Below the pieces are notes generated by a model. It saw only the letters and a list, made by a program, of their open reading frames with translations, did no database searches and was not told the DNA's origin. A stretch of 64,000 nucleotides of DNA from Eledone cirrhosa. Its lineage: Eukaryota. The stretch lies in contig OZ024743.1 in NCBI GenBank assembly GCA_964016885.1, forward strand, positions 9,672,001 through 9,736,000, written 5' to 3'. How positions within the stretch are numbered: position 1 is the stretch's first letter; the number at the start of each line of letters is the position of its first letter. This document shows, one piece after another, positions 37,950-51,989 of this stretch. A program made the position numbers and the translations under genes.

Positions 37950-40430
37950 CTCGTACATCATGTGTATTGTATGTATTTTCTATACTTATATGTACCGTAT
38001 GTTTGTATATTTCATGCGGAAAAATGACTGCTTGAATATTGTACAGTCTGAGGTACGCAGGCATATAAGTATTATTTGAGTATGAGAACTTCAAATCGAT
38101 ATACTATTTTTTTCCGAGACAGTTTCATACTATGACAATATGTGTCTGGCTCTAAGACACATTGAGCTGGTTATCATCGTTCAATGTGATGAAAATTTCA
38201 CTGATTCTTATGTATTTGATGTATTAGTTTTTCTTAATTGTAGTTATAAGTATTGTGGTTATGTTTGTGGTTATATTTAGAGAATAGACACATATATCAT
38301 TACTAATGAGATGATTAGAATAATTTCTTATTGAATGAAGTTTTCTCGAGGTGGTGGTCTGACTAATTGTTTCTTGTGGACTATTTCTATGAGAAATAGT
38401 CTTAGCTTCTCTTTTTCATATAGGTATATGTTATCTACTTTAATCAGGAAGACTTACTTCGTGTCATGAATTTGTTGAAGGAACGTATCATTTAAATAAT
38501 TGTTTAATGGTACATATCTTGAGTATGGTACACCCATTTTCTTGAAATATAATATCAACATAAATTTATTAAATGTTAGTATCGTCTTGATGTAATCCTT
38601 GTGATAGAAATCTGGGAGATAGGAACTGCAGTGTATGGGCTGAAAATTCTCTTCGTGTTATACAGATACCTCGTAATAATCACTTTGTCTTGGTTGCGTC
38701 CCTTTACATGCCTTTTTCCAGATATGTGGTTGATAAAATAAGTGCCAGACAAATTACTTAGATCGTTATAATTGATGTTTGTGCGTAGATATGTCTATTT
38801 GGCAAAGGCTTTCGTTTCACAACAAAGTGGTTTCGGTATATACACCACTAAGTGACACCTTTGGCAACTCTCATCTACTATAGATTAATATAGGCCAAAG
38901 TGTTTTCAATGTAATTTTGATGATGGAAACTGGGTGGAGGAACAAACAATATCTTTGAAAGATTAATAAAATTAATCGGAAGTGCTATCTTCCAAACCCA
39001 CTCAGATAACAACAGGAGGAGGAACTCAGGAGAGATAAACCAGACTCACGTATTCCATTTTGGTATGAATATATTCTAATGGAATATGGAAAAAAAATTA
39101 GGTTTTGCATCTTATTAGCAACTTCTGAAGTAATTCCCCAGATATGAAAATGAGACCAAATAGTTTGGTTTCAACAGTAATATTCACCAGATATCTGGTT
39201 AGGAGAATTTTAATGTAAAGCAAAAAGACAAAAGTCATGAAGTTGATGTTTTTGGGAGTATCTTGAGAATTTGTAGACACTTTTTTAATCGAATGTATAT
39301 TTAACAAGGGTGCATAGTTTGACAAGTCGATCAATCTTCTTTTTCGTAGGTGGGTTGATTTAAGCTATGATTGTTATCATGGGATTTCCTGTCATGTAGA
39401 TTCTAAATATGCCATACAATGTGGCTGGAAAAAAAGTCAATGATACTCGTAGTCTTTGATTTCCTTCCATTGTGTTGACAGCATTGATGAATCTATCGTG
39501 ATACTGTACCTGTTGGGACTCATTCTAACCTGTGACTGTCATCTTGGATTTAATTATTACTATTATCAATATACCTTTATAACTTGATGTATAACAAGGA
39601 ACTAAATTTTATTACTGGTGAATGATAATGGTCTTATAGATGTGGTTGTGTATTAACTGCTTATATTTTGGGAGATCGAATAATAGCATGTAGATGATCG
39701 ACGAAACGACTTGTTTCAATAGATCGATATGCTTTAGCGTGCCTTTGCTTCACAATATTATAATGTACATTCTCACTTGCAGTCGTTAATCGTATATGTG
39801 AAACTTTGAATATATTGTATCTCCTCCACTGACCAGTGGAATTCCGAACATCAATATTCGCTTTTGATAGATTTGTGTTTGTTTTCATTAAATTGAAGAA
39901 ATACTGCTTTTTGTAGAATATCCTGGAAGTGATCCAGATGTATTAGTTTGTGTTGATTGTAAATTTAATAAGAAGTAGTCTTATAGATGCAGTTTTCTAT
40001 TAACTTTTTCTTTTAATTTAGTTTTCGTAATTATCTCCAGTCTGTGGTGACATATGAATGTGACCTCTGAACAGCTTGTGATGATGCAAAGTGAGCCGAT
40101 CCATGAAAATTTGGGGTTTATTGAGGAGAAATTAGGGATTAAAATCAAAGCTGGCATAATACTTTATGGATGTACACTATTGATTGTACACTATTGTATT
40201 TTTGTCTATGGTACTTGTAATAACACTAAATATGTCTGTGCGTTGTTCTGCTTTCTTTGTTTTCTGAACATGTATCAAAGGGGTTTCTCGTAATTGATAT
40301 TATTTCGCATGCGTTTCTGTAGTATGTATGTTATCACGTTTGATTGTTGGTTGAAATTGTTGTTCATTTGAAGCGTTGAGAAGAAGGCGTATCATGGAGC
40401 TGGCAGGTTTTATTGTAATTCTGTTATTCT
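37950..40430 (-). mobile_element. Highly degraded Penelope-like RT region
   Basis: The minus strand encodes QGLHQDD (~38580-38601, like the PLE GLYRDD motif) and an SDH-P remnant (~38350), with strand-skewed composition. Boundaries are vague. Confidence 0.4.
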
Positions 40431-40477
40431 GGAAACAAGTTTCTTGTCGATTGACAGAAAAAATAAGGGCTGTGCAG

Positions 40478-40590
40478 CTATATCTATAGAAATATGAAAG
40501 CGGCGAATTGTTATTACGTCGAACACTTTGAGTCCAAATCCCGTCGAGATCAACTTTGGCTTTTAACCTTTTGAGGTGAATAACAATGTA
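40478..40590 (+). mobile_element. Old SINE remnant
   Basis: gagtccaaatcccgtcgagatcaactttggcttttaacctt resembles the SINE B-box and central domain. Confidence 0.55.
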
Positions 40591-41124
40591 TCATTCTAGT
40601 ATTGCGGTCTATTCTTCCCCTGTATATCTTTCTCACTTCCTCTCTCTCACATTCTATCCGTTTCTGGTAGAAATCGGCTGTGTTCAGACCTGGGGAAGGG
40701 TAGACTCCCAGTCTTACGAAAATGCCCAAGATAGACTGTATGTCACAACGGCACCCCTACAACTCCATCAGGAGTTACGGAACCATGCCATATCATCTAT
40801 AGAATAGAGGGAGGTTGTGAGTGGGATATCAACTATACATGCTTACAATGTAGAGTTGTGGGAATTGTGCACACTAATTTAAGTATGAATGGCTTTGTCA
40901 CATCAACCAATAAATTGCATATTCTGGACATGTGGTGCTGTATATTACATAAACTTGGGCGCATGAAAGAGAATTTGCTAACTAACCATTCGTATATTTT
41001 CTTAAGGAAAGAGTGACTATATTGTGTTTAAGAGGGTAGTAGGGAATGAGGACGGACGATTTTCTGTGGTAAAATGTTTTGTTAGATCGATTGTTGTCAT
41101 GGACATCACTGGGATGTTTGTTTG

Positions 41125-41183
41125 TAGTAGAAGTAGCAGCAGCAGCAGCAATAGTAGTAGTAGTAGTAGTAGTAGTAGCAGTA

Positions 41184-41273
<90 letters not shown>

Positions 41274-41291
41274 TAGTAGTATTATTATTAT

Positions 41292-41331
<40 letters not shown>
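41125..41331. repeat. (AGT)n trinucleotide microsatellite
   Basis: Directly visible. Confidence 0.98.
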
Positions 41332-41332
<1 letters not shown>

Positions 41333-41429
41333 TGTATGTATTCTTGACGTGATTTAGGAATAGTATGTGCTATTTAAAGCAAGGATGTTTTATACTAAAA
41401 TATTTGAAGGTGTGTATGAGTATCATCTT

Positions 41430-41580
41430 TTTGATCGCTGGCTCCCTTTCAGATAGTAACGTCACACTGTGAACTGGTGGAAATCTCCGATCTTTACTCT
41501 ATTAATTCTGGTGTACCCCTGGGCTTGATTTTATTCAATACACTCGTTCTCGCATATATCAATGTCATGGAACCACATAC
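41430..41580 (+). pseudogene. CR1/Jockey-like RT remnant
   Basis: Translates as SINSGVPLGLILFNTLVLAYINVM, resembling GVPQGSVL.P.LF..YIND. Confidence 0.4.
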
Positions 41581-44500
41581 AACAACGCTCATTCTTAATC
41601 TGATTATTTCACTCAGAAATATTTCTAACCCAAATTTCTAACTGAAATTAAGACCTATCATGGAAGTCCAGCAGCGGACTCATAAGCCTCCCCAAAATTC
41701 TCGTAATAATAAAAAACCTGTTTTGTTTGTTTTAATGTTACAAATACGCAATTTACTGTGCGAGTCAAGAAAACAATATCGGATCCAGTCTCTTAAACTT
41801 GAAAATCAGACGATTACAACTGGGGTTATTTTCAGGCGGGCACAACATTAAAAGGACTTAATCCCCAAAAAGTGATTAAAAATAAATTTTATTTTAATCG
41901 CTCTGGTGGAAATAATTTAAGTGGATAAATTACAAAAATACTAAAACCTACTGACAATCACATAGTCACGCGAACTTGCTGCTTGCCTTCTTTTGATAGA
42001 TTCTCGTACAAAACTAAAGCTAAATCTCTGAAGTATTATAGCATTCAGACTGGATAGACCTTTCGTTCTTATGGTGTTTTTGAAGTTGTATACTGTAATT
42101 AGAAGTTGTCTTTAAATTAGTAATAAAAATATTAAACGAAATTACAGAGAAAACCTTCGTTTTTGAAGTTAGTTCAATCGCCTACTATATATATGCAAAT
42201 TACGATGAATGAAGATTTGATCAACATAAAACATACGCAAATTTGGTATTATAGAAGCTACATTTCCTTGTCCTGTTACTGACAAAACCTTCCATCTCAT
42301 TACGGTTTTAGGAAGAAGTGTAATTATATATTTGTCTATCTGAGATGAGTCAATAAAAGACTTGGTTGTGTTAATAAGTCTAATAATCTCGTAATTTTTG
42401 TGGGAGCTCTTTCGGGTAGATTATACGATTGTCATTAGATACAAAATTGTAACTTATCTAAATATCATATGATGGGATTTAACTCATGAATATTTATTCC
42501 AGACATATTATTTTAATGATATATAGTAGACATTTTATATAATTATGTAAACGTAAAAGTAATAATAGAAGTTACACGTATAGATCGGCAAATTATCCTC
42601 TTTCCAAATAATGATATTCAGGAGATGGCTGGCAGTATTTTCGGTGCTAAAAAAAGTAGAACAATGATGATATTTGATAATATTTTAATCGATTCTTAAA
42701 ACCGCTTCGTTCATGGAATATCGCCAGCAATTTCATCTTTATAACAATGATGCCGAACAGGACCAGCTTTTTTGTTGGCACTGTTGTATTTGTCAGATTA
42801 AAGTCAGCCAACACAACTGTCATTAATTAAGATTAATTTTGATTTATGATACATTATTCAGAGATAATTATGTTTTGTTGATCGTTAATATCATTTACAG
42901 TCACAGCGCAATAGTCCGTAGTCGTACGATCAAATGTTAACTTTTACTGCAACTCAATCTTGGTCCAATCCACGTGAATGACAAATGTGTTCAACCCAGT
43001 AATTATAATACTTCTTACATTGCTGTATAAGGTATCCATTTTACCGAAAAATTATATTTGTCAATTAATAAGTGTTTATAACAATTTAATTAAAAATATT
43101 GCTATAGGAAAAAATATAATCTTAAAATTTATAAACAGTTTTTCTTTCAGCATACTTTCAATAACTTGTTAATTGAAAGTAATTTTTTTCCATAAAAAAT
43201 GTTTATAACATACATCTAAGCGCACAAAAGTGTCTTCTCTTATAAAACTTTATATTTAAAAGTATTTTCTTTTATGACTTTATATTCTATTCTGTAAACA
43301 AACAAGATGACAGCTTAAGAAGTGTTTTCTTAGTTTCAAAGTGTATCAAACGGGAATATATATTTAAAGTATGTTGCACATTTAGACTTCAAAAATGTAC
43401 GTGCGTTTCTGAAACGAGCCTTTAGAGGTATGTATAACCAAATAGGGTTACATTACCCTATAAAGAAATTTATATAGAAAACAGATTTGTATCGTTAAAA
43501 CAACCAATATATCAATATTATGGCTTACGTCTTTTAATATTTCTATATGCTCTTGTCTCCTTTTTGTTAAGTATATAAGAAATATATTACTTGTATTTTT
43601 CTCAAAAGTATTTTCTTTTAGTTTTGATTTTTTAAAGCAATTACCAAACTACTAATTACATTTCTGTACATTTTGATGTGTGCTGCTCAAATTAAAGGAA
43701 AACAAAACATGTATTCTCTAATAATTTTAATATGTCCAATAATATGCACATAATTAATCATATTTATCTTAAAAATAATAGCAAAGTTAAATATTTTGTA
43801 CGGAAAGGCAACTAATATGACAAATAAAGTGTTCTTCAATAATATTTAAAAAGTATATTCATCCAATATTTTAAAGTAAAACATGATATATCCATATGCT
43901 TACAGCTGCTTATAGCAAACGTTACATGAATGTATATTCATACACATATGTCAGTGGATGTCAACACATGTATTGCATAGGATATTCAAAAGCAATAATA
44001 GAATAATATTCACTGTGAGAAAATGAATTGAAAACAAAATATGTGGATATGGAAGACAACTTCCAAGAGTGTGAATGAACGAACTACTCAAGAAATAGAC
44101 AGAAATGTGATCTATTGCTCATAAAAAGGGAATCGTTGAGAAATTAAATATTTATTTCATTAAACAATATTTTCGGCTTAAAACACAGTCTATTTTATTC
44201 TAGGATTTAATGCAGCATGTCTTATATATGTTGAAAACCACGTGCTTTTATCATTTGGAAGTCTATTCCGAATTCTTAAATTGTCTTACATACAACTGAC
44301 CTATATGCGAAGCGATATTGATATTATTATATCCGTTCGATTTGTATTTTCTGCTACAGGGTGGGAAATACAATGTAACACCTCTGACTGACACAATCAT
44401 TTGAACAGTATGTCCGCACAAAGTTTATTGTAATTTAGTAATAACAGGTTCTGGCGAAATAGTCGAAACAGAGACAATAAAAGGAATTAAAACTTGAAAA

Positions 44501-45679
44501 GTTTCCAATCGTTGCTTAATTTTGATTTTGGCAACTACAATTTGGAAGCGTCCCTGCCAACTTTGCAGTTCAAATTTAGTCCAGTTAAGAGAGCATGGTG
44601 TAAATCAATGGTATCCGGACGCAAATTGAATTTGCCTATTGCTGATGGGTACAGGAAACATATATCCCAATTATATTTTGTTTTCGCTCAACAGGAAATT
44701 CAACTGATGTTATGTTTTCGAGCCAGACGTTAATGTCTACGTGTGTAACTACATTATTCAGCAAAATAGAACATAAGCATATAAAATTATACCTACCAAA
44801 AAAAAACAAAAAAGAAAAAAAAACTCGAGGGTACATTTATATATAATATTACCTTATTGTTAGTTGTGTTCAGGCCTTTTGAAAATGTAGGACTGTTGCA
44901 GTTATATTTTAGGGTATGAAAATAAAGTATTTTATATATCTTTTTATAACCATGAATTAATTCGAGTAATTGATGTAAATAACGCCGATTAAATATTTCT
45001 TTTAAAAGATTATTGAAAATAAAAATCGGTGATTGCTTTAGGCATTTAAGTAAAAATTAACCACTTAAATTTGAAAATGTGGAAACCAGTAAAATGACTA
45101 CACTATACTGTACTGTTAAAACACTCATATTTCTGCAATAGTTGTGTATTGATATTTGACTTAAAGCTGTGTTTTTATAAATATATTTACAGAGGGAAAC
45201 TAACAAAAGATCTAGCAACATTCCTATCTTCACTCGCTATTGGATTTACAACTTCATACTTTACCAATTGAACAATTCAAACAGCCAAAATGAGGAAATG
45301 CAAATATTGAAATACACTATGCCCTTGCAGTAGGAAACAACATTCATTTGAAACAACAGTAGTACAACAATCCAGACTACTACAAAAGAATGAAACAACA
45401 CAATACATATAATAATTATTATATTATTTGTTTATAAAACAAAAGTTTTAAATGTCTGATGTGATCTGATAAAGAATTTGCCAAATAATAAAGAAATAAA
45501 GAAAAAAATATATATATACAGATAGAGGACCCGGAAAAAAATCGAAGAAAAAACGGGAGGAAATTATAGATTTAATAATAGAAAAACCAAAAAATCAAGA
45601 GTGTCAGACATATCCCGTTACTTGTGTTCATAAACCTGTTTCCAACAACAAAGCCATCAATAGCAGCTGAAGTTCGGTT

Positions 45680-45830
<151 letters not shown>

Positions 45831-46281
45831 TAAAATCTCCAGTTCGGCGCGAAGCGCAAGATGGAGTGATGATTTTGACACAATTCCACGGCCCTACAGG
45901 GTTCGATATGGCCATAAATAGGAGGCGGTTGAGGGGAACCAGAGAGGGATGCCTCCAACAGGATTTTGGATTTGGATGTATATATATATATAAGCAAAGA
46001 AAGAATTGACTTCAAAATTACGAGTGTAATAGGCAACTTCTGGAAGTCTAAATTATACAAATGTTCAAGATTGTTATGATGATCTTAAATCATACATTTA
46101 TAAGATGAGTATAAAATGGAAAATATAGAGGGAAGTACTCTTTGTCAAAACACTAATTTAGGTAAATAATCAAAATCTTTGTCTCAAACAGGGAGATACG
46201 CCTGTACGCACGCACACACACACACACATCAACACACACACACACACGCGCGCGCGCGCGCGCACACATACACACACATAT

Positions 46282-46314
<33 letters not shown>

Positions 46315-46640
46315 TACACACACACACACACATATTCGCATGCATACTTTGATGTGATAGGCTTCTACAATTCCTATCTACCAGACTCCCTTCACATTAG
46401 ATTTTGGTAGATAGGAGACACAACAGAGAAACATGGTAGCGAAGCCAACTACTGGTGACAGAGGCATATCTGCGCCTATATATACATGCCACCAGAGGGC
46501 GAGATCCGGTGATGTTTGCATAGCTCCGTCTTTCTAAATGTTTATCTATAAACATACTTTGTTTCTTTAGAAATACGAAATTCCAATACATATCTGTATA
46601 CAGCTATCCTGAAGCTAAATCCTAATTCTATTATACATAC

Positions 46641-46736
<96 letters not shown>

Positions 46737-46783
46737 AATGAATAATAACAGGTAGACATCATAAAAAGGTAGTTTATTCCGTG

Positions 46784-46895
46784 TGCTTACAAGTGTTTCC
46801 ACGGTGGTACTGCAGCCTAGTTCCGCTACGTGCAAAATCACAAGTATTTGCAGAACTCGAATATCCAATGCTGTGACCACTGTTTCCTCAGAGCA
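46784..46895 (-). ncRNA. Type I hammerhead ribozyme with long stem II
   Basis: Reverse complement of the motif at 48899-49010. Confidence 0.7.
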
Positions 46896-47390
46896 GAATG
46901 GTAAATATACAATGTAAAAACCCTTAAGTGGGGTTGTTGGGGAAGATAGAGTGGAACAGGAAGAGAGAAAAGTAGGGAAGAAGGAGAGAGAAGGAAAGAT
47001 ATGCAGGGGTTGGAGAAGTAGGAGAGAGTGGCTTGTAGATATCTTAATCAAAATGTTATGGTAGGGGTTTTATTAGTTACTTTTGGAGAGATGCGTAGAT
47101 AGTTGAGGTCGGAATTATTTATTGCCCCAGAGGTCAGGTTCATAGATGTTGAGAGGGAGGTAGGTCAAAGGTGAGAGAGAGAGAGTGTGTAATGGATGTA
47201 GAGAGAGATATATAGGTAGAGAGGGGACAGATAAAGTATATGTGGTGAGTGAACTTTTGGTTTTGTAGTAGTAATCTAGGAATTGTACTGAGTTACCATG
47301 TATAGTGATAAGCAGTGTATTGTCTTGTAGTGTGGGGGAGAAGAGAAGGTTGTTAGCTAGAAAGTGGTGTTGTAGTTACGGGTTCGAATG

Positions 47391-48140
47391 TTAAGTTATT
47401 TTATAGTGAGAGAATTTAGCTTTTAGTTTGTGGTTGCAGTATAATGATCGTTCAATTCTATCGTTAAGTAGTTTGTTTTGGGATTTTAGTATGTAAAATA
47501 GCTCAAGGTTACATAACCTGCAGTACTTCAAACCACTCCGATATGCATTTGCGCTGGAAAGTATATCCCATTTTAAGGTGAACTGTTGGTTGTGTTCACG
47601 GAGTTGCCAGGTCTTGTTGGCGAGCGTGGTCACAAAACGGTGATTCTGATGTTTGATTGAGAATCGATGACGGTACCAGCGAGATTTAAACGATGTGGTG
47701 GTAGATCCGATATAATACCATTTCTGGTCGTCCGATTCAACCGTGCATTGATAAACAATGTTGGACTTTAGGCATTCATTCTGCAATGGACATCTTTCAG
47801 GTAGATGGCAGTTACATGCTTTGTTGTGGGTAGCGGGTATACCATGGATAGGTTGTGATAGCGGTACAGGTGGGTTGTGCAACACCCGTCTCCCATTTAG
47901 TGGTTGGGAGGCAGATATTGCGTTCTGCCCATCTGTTACTAAAATGTTTTGTTTTGTAGAGTTGTTTAATTGCCTTAAGTTAAGTTTTTTTATGTATGCT
48001 TCAAGGTTTGGTGCCGTGGAGTATGATAGTCTAATAGTATTGGAGTTCAGAATTTTGCTGTACTTATGGGAACTAGGGAAGTGTTTATTGATTAATTTAA
48101 AGAGTGAAAGAGATAGTTTTGTACTAATCGAGGCATTAAA
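47391..48140 (-). CDS. Penelope-like linker and GIY-YIG endonuclease (5'-truncated)
   Basis: KHFPSSHKYSKI..TIRLSYS, CNCH..CPLQNEC, IVYQC...YIGST..FKSR, CRLCNLE. Confidence 0.88.
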   Translation of the reverse strand, partial: FNASISTKLSLSLFKLINKHFPSSHKYSKILNSNTIRLSYSTAPNLEAYIKKLNLRQLNNSTKQNILVTDGQNAISASQPLNGRRVLHNPPVPLSQPIHGIPATHNKACNCHLPERCPLQNECLKSNIVYQCTVESDDQKWYYIGSTTTSFKSRWYRHRFSIKHQNHRFVTTLANKTWQLREHNQQFTLKWDILSSANAYRSGLKYCRLCNLELFYILKSQNKLLNDRIERSLYCNHKLKAKFSHYKIT

Positions 48141-48160
48141 ACTACTAATCGAGGCGTTTT

Positions 48161-48403
48161 GTGACCACGCTCGCCAACAAGACCTGGCAACTCCGTGAAC
48201 ACAACCAACAGTTCACCTTAAAATGGGATATACTTTCCAGCGCAAATGCATATCGGAGTGGTTTGAAGTACTGCAGGTTATGTAACCTTGAGCTATTTTA
48301 CATACTAAAATCCCAAAACAAACTACTTAACGATAGAATTGAACGATCATTATACTGCAACCACAAACTAAAAGCTAAATTCTCTCACTATAAAATAACT
48401 TAA
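48161..48403 (+). pseudogene. Inverted duplicate of the GIY-YIG C-terminus
   Basis: Translation identical to the end of 47391-47885. Confidence 0.9.
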
Positions 48404-48898
48404 CATTCGAACCCGTAACTACAACACCACTTTCTAGCTAACAACCTTCTCTTCTCCCCCACACTACAAGACAATACACTGCTTATCACTATACATGGTA
48501 ACTCAGTACAATTCCTAGATTACTACTACAAAACCAAAAGTTCACTCACCACATATACTTTATCTGTCCCCTCTCTACCTATATATCTCTCTCTACATCC
48601 ATTACACACTCTCTCTCTCTCACCTTTGACCTACCTCCCTCTCAACATCTATGAACCTGACCTCTGGGGCAATAAATAATTCCGACCTCAACTATCTACG
48701 CATCTCTCCAAAAGTAACTAATAAAACCCCTACCATAACATTTTGATTAAGATATCTACAAGCCACTCTCTCCTACTTCTCCAACCCCTGCATATCTTTC
48801 CTTCTCTCTCCTTCTTCCCTACTTTTCTCTCTTCCTGTTCCACTCTATCTTCCCCAACAACCCCACTTAAGGGTTTTTACATTGTATATTTACCATTC

Positions 48899-49010
48899 TG
48901 CTCTGAGGAAACAGTGGTCACAGCATTGGATATTCGAGTTCTGCAAATACTTGTGAATTTGCACGTAGCGGAACTAGGCTGCAGTACCACCGTAGAAACA
49001 CTTGTAAGCA
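48899..49010 (+). ncRNA. Type I hammerhead ribozyme with long stem II
   Basis: tgct-CTGAGGA-aacagtggtcacagc...gctgcagtaccaccgta-GAAA-cacttg-TA-agca. Predicted cleavage after GTA at 49006. Confidence 0.72.
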
Positions 49011-49202
49011 CACGGAATAAACTACCTTTTTATGATGTCTACCTGTTATTATTCATTCTTTATATACACTCCGGAATACTGAAGGATCAGGAACTAAGTT
49101 TCTTGAACAATTCTTCCATAACTCGTAGAGTAACCTCTTACCGTACGTCAACCATATCCAGTGTAGTAATTAACCATCACTACATCTTGGATAATCCTAT
49201 AC

Positions 49203-49246
<44 letters not shown>

Positions 49247-49377
49247 TAAGTTATATTTAATTTGTTGGGATTCCAACAAATTTAAACGTTTATAACTGAT
49301 ATAAAGCACTCGACAGATTACTGGAGTAAGTATTCAGTATATTAATAAATGGAAACTATATTTATAAAACCATAATT

Positions 49378-49440
49378 ATTTTATTATATATATTTTAAGG
49401 GCAACCAAGGCAGTCTTGGTGCGCTTTCATCAGATAAAAT
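49378..49440 (-). ncRNA. Hammerhead ribozyme (GAAA mutated to AAAA)
   Basis: Minus strand: attttat-CTGATGA-aagcgcaccaag..cttggttgccctt-AAAA-tatata-TA-ataaaat. Confidence 0.7.
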
Positions 49441-49540
49441 ACAAAATTTGTTTTTATAAATATTGACATAACCGTGGACAACAACCTCGACGGTTGGTTG
49501 TTTTCCACAGTTATGACAATATTTATAAAACAAATTGTGT

Positions 49541-49601
49541 ATTTTATCTGAAGAAAGCGCACCAAGACTGCCTTGGTTGCCCTTGAAATATATAACAAAA
49601 T
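49541..49601 (+). ncRNA. Hammerhead ribozyme (2-nt deletion in stem III)
   Basis: attttat-CTGAAGA-aagcgcaccaag..cttggttgccctt-GAAA-tata-TA-acaaaat. Confidence 0.7.
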
Positions 49602-49641
49602 AATTATGGTTTCATAAATATAGTTTCCATTTATTAATATA

Positions 49642-49676
<35 letters not shown>

Positions 49677-50463
49677 TACCTAATATATGTAAGTTACCTA
49701 ATGGAGGTAGGTCCTAATAAAATAAAATCTAAGTATATTCTCTTCAATTATTAAGTGATCTAATACAGACAATGAGGCCTGAATTTATCTATCTCTAGTC
49801 TCACTCTATCTTAACCTGTTTGCAAACCTGCTGATACTTTCCATGATTTATTTCAGATAAAGTAATTGTTGATATCTTACTAAATTATGGATACGAAACA
49901 TCTAAATTGCTAGATGTCTATTAAAAGCTATAGTTCTCCAGATGGATACCTTTTCCGTAAAAGTGTTATCATGATTGAAATTTGACAATTTAGTGAAAAC
50001 TAATTTCCTTCACTCCCGTATTAATTAGGCTTGTGATTAGTCAGCCATAATTAAACATGTGAAAACATGCACACACACAACCATTCACACACACATTCAC
50101 GCACCACATGCACACACGTGCGCCCACGGACACACATAAACACACATATGACACACACACACATATTTATATATGAGTTAATTTCAATTTCTTACAGCCA
50201 TTACTGTTAAGGTTTATTGAGATCTAATTAAGGTTTATTGCGGTCAAGTTCTGAAGGTTAAGCCAATCTTAAGCTCAATATATCATTGTCTTTAATTGTA
50301 AACATGCCTTTTCCTTGTGTTGTGTCTATGCGCGGAGTTATTTCTAATGCCACCCCCACATATAAATTTACAAAGTTTTGAAGTTTTCCAATACTAGAAA
50401 CTGACATTAGAAATCGTCTGTCTAATCGCATATACAATTACTTTGACAATCTTCCTGCTTTCT

Positions 50464-50497
<34 letters not shown>

Positions 50498-50501
<4 letters not shown>

Positions 50502-50680
50502 GTAGAACACTGGAAGGTAATATCCGTAGTGGTAGAGCACTCAGTCCATGAAACGAGTTTGGTAGAAGTAGTAACACAACAGTTAGTTCACCATACCGAA
50601 AATAATTGTTTCACCGAGCTGAAGATCCGCAAGGTGAAACAATTGTTCTCGGTATGGTCAACTAACTGTTGTGTTACTAC

Positions 50681-50685
<5 letters not shown>
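50498..50685. mobile_element. ~190-bp fold-back PLE-like mini-element
   Basis: Arms 50563-50615 and 50633-50685, a left extension, and (TA)n flanks. Confidence 0.8.
50613..50653 (+). ncRNA. Minimal type I hammerhead ribozyme, intact core
   Basis: accgag-CTGAAGA-tcc gcaa ggt-GAAA-caattg-TT-ctcggt. Confidence 0.88.
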
Positions 50686-50727
<42 letters not shown>

Positions 50728-50732
<5 letters not shown>

Positions 50733-50851
50733 AATGAATAATAACAGGTAGACATCATAAAAAGGTAATTTATTCCGTGTGCTTACAAGTGTTTCCACGG
50801 TGGTACTGCAGTAATTAACCATTACTACTACATCTTGGATAATCCTATACC

Positions 50852-50855
<4 letters not shown>
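50728..50855. mobile_element. Ends-only derivative of the 46733-49207 PLE family
   Basis: Matches 46733-46815 joined to 49167-49207 at tgcag/tgtag. Confidence 0.85.
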
Positions 50856-50936
<81 letters not shown>

Positions 50937-51012
50937 GTATGCGTGTGTGTCTGTGTCTGTGTGTACATATATATGCATTTACATATAGGTATATACATGT
51001 GTGTGTGTGTGC

Positions 51013-51500
51013 ATTCTTGGAAAGCGCCCCGACAGATTAATCCTATTCCCTTTCGAGGGGGGGGGGATTCTTCATTTGGGCCGTGACGTGGAGCGACTCG
51101 TTCTTTGGCCGCAAACCCGGGCTGCGCCGCCCGCACTGCAGGGGAGAGGAAGATAGTTAAATATTGAGGCCTGACCGATCGCTTCTTCATTGCACCAGTA
51201 TCCGTCAAGACATCTGACGTGCTTCTTCCTCGCACTGCTGATTTCCTTCGTAAAGTTCTGAAGACGGCAGCTCGCTTGAGGTGGGAGTTCCTTGGTGTAG
51301 GGTGGTTGTTGCAGTGGGAGTCTCTGGCTATGCTCCGCGGTAACAACTTTGTGATTTTGTCCACGGGGCGTGGCTGTGGAACCGCTCAGACTGGGGTGTC
51401 AGGTCCCTCCGCCCCTTTGTCCCTTTTATTCTTTGCTTGACCCTCTTTTCCTTTTCTTCTTTTCATTTCCTTTCTTCATCCTTTTTGACCTTTTGCAAAA
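51013..51500 (+). mobile_element. Possible 3' end of another L1/Tx1-like LINE
   Basis: GC-rich island whose frame DFLRKVLKTAARLRWEF...QWESLA is followed by a pyrimidine-rich UTR-like tract. Weak resemblance only. Confidence 0.3.
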
Positions 51501-51989
51501 AGTTGGCTAATGAGGTTGCTAGGGTGGCCCTACAATGAGAAAAGCTCCTGACAGTAATTCTCTCTCAGATTTAAGCAACACACACGCCTCCTCGCCTCGA
51601 CAAGACCACTACTATATTTGTAATATATTCCAGAAACATCTTAACTAAAAAACACCGTCTGACTTCACCCACAAAATATACAGCTAAGGCAATTACTACG
51701 TGCAATTATTAAAACCTGCATACCCTGGTCATAAAAACGATATGATTATGATCCGTCCCTTACACGTATTTTCGGTAAGTCGGATATCATCTTTATTTAC
51801 TAATTTCGTTTGTTATACTTGTACATTTGTGAGGCACTTGCTTTTGATAACGTGTAGTTTCTTGTTAAGTTATATATAGTCCTATTGTTACAATCAGTAG
51901 AAATGGTGCTGTTTTCCATATATCGAAAGCTTCCTGTTGCGTTAATTTCTTACTCTATACGTAACATGACATTTTATGCAGAAACATTT

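Larger units (their letters stand above)
46733..49207. mobile_element. Penelope-like element (second coding family) with ~0.9-kb inverted repeat
   Basis: Minus copy 46733-48140 and plus copy 48155-49207. 48155-49063 is the reverse complement of 46733-47638. (TA)n on both sides. Confidence 0.92.
49242..49645. mobile_element. Non-coding fold-back element with two opposed hammerheads, copy 2
   Basis: Inverted repeat ~49335-49644 plus a left extension, flanked by (TA)n. Homologous to 5836-6290. Confidence 0.82.

Noticed and set aside
41880-43060. Complex-looking unique sequence, possible host exons
   Set aside because: Stops in the frames tried and no recognisable motif or convincing splice pair.
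46542-49249. Duplicated 168-169-aa ORFs (46542-47051 -, 48743-49249 +)
   Set aside because: They lie in the PLE inverted repeat across the hammerhead, start at TTG, and run into (TA)n.
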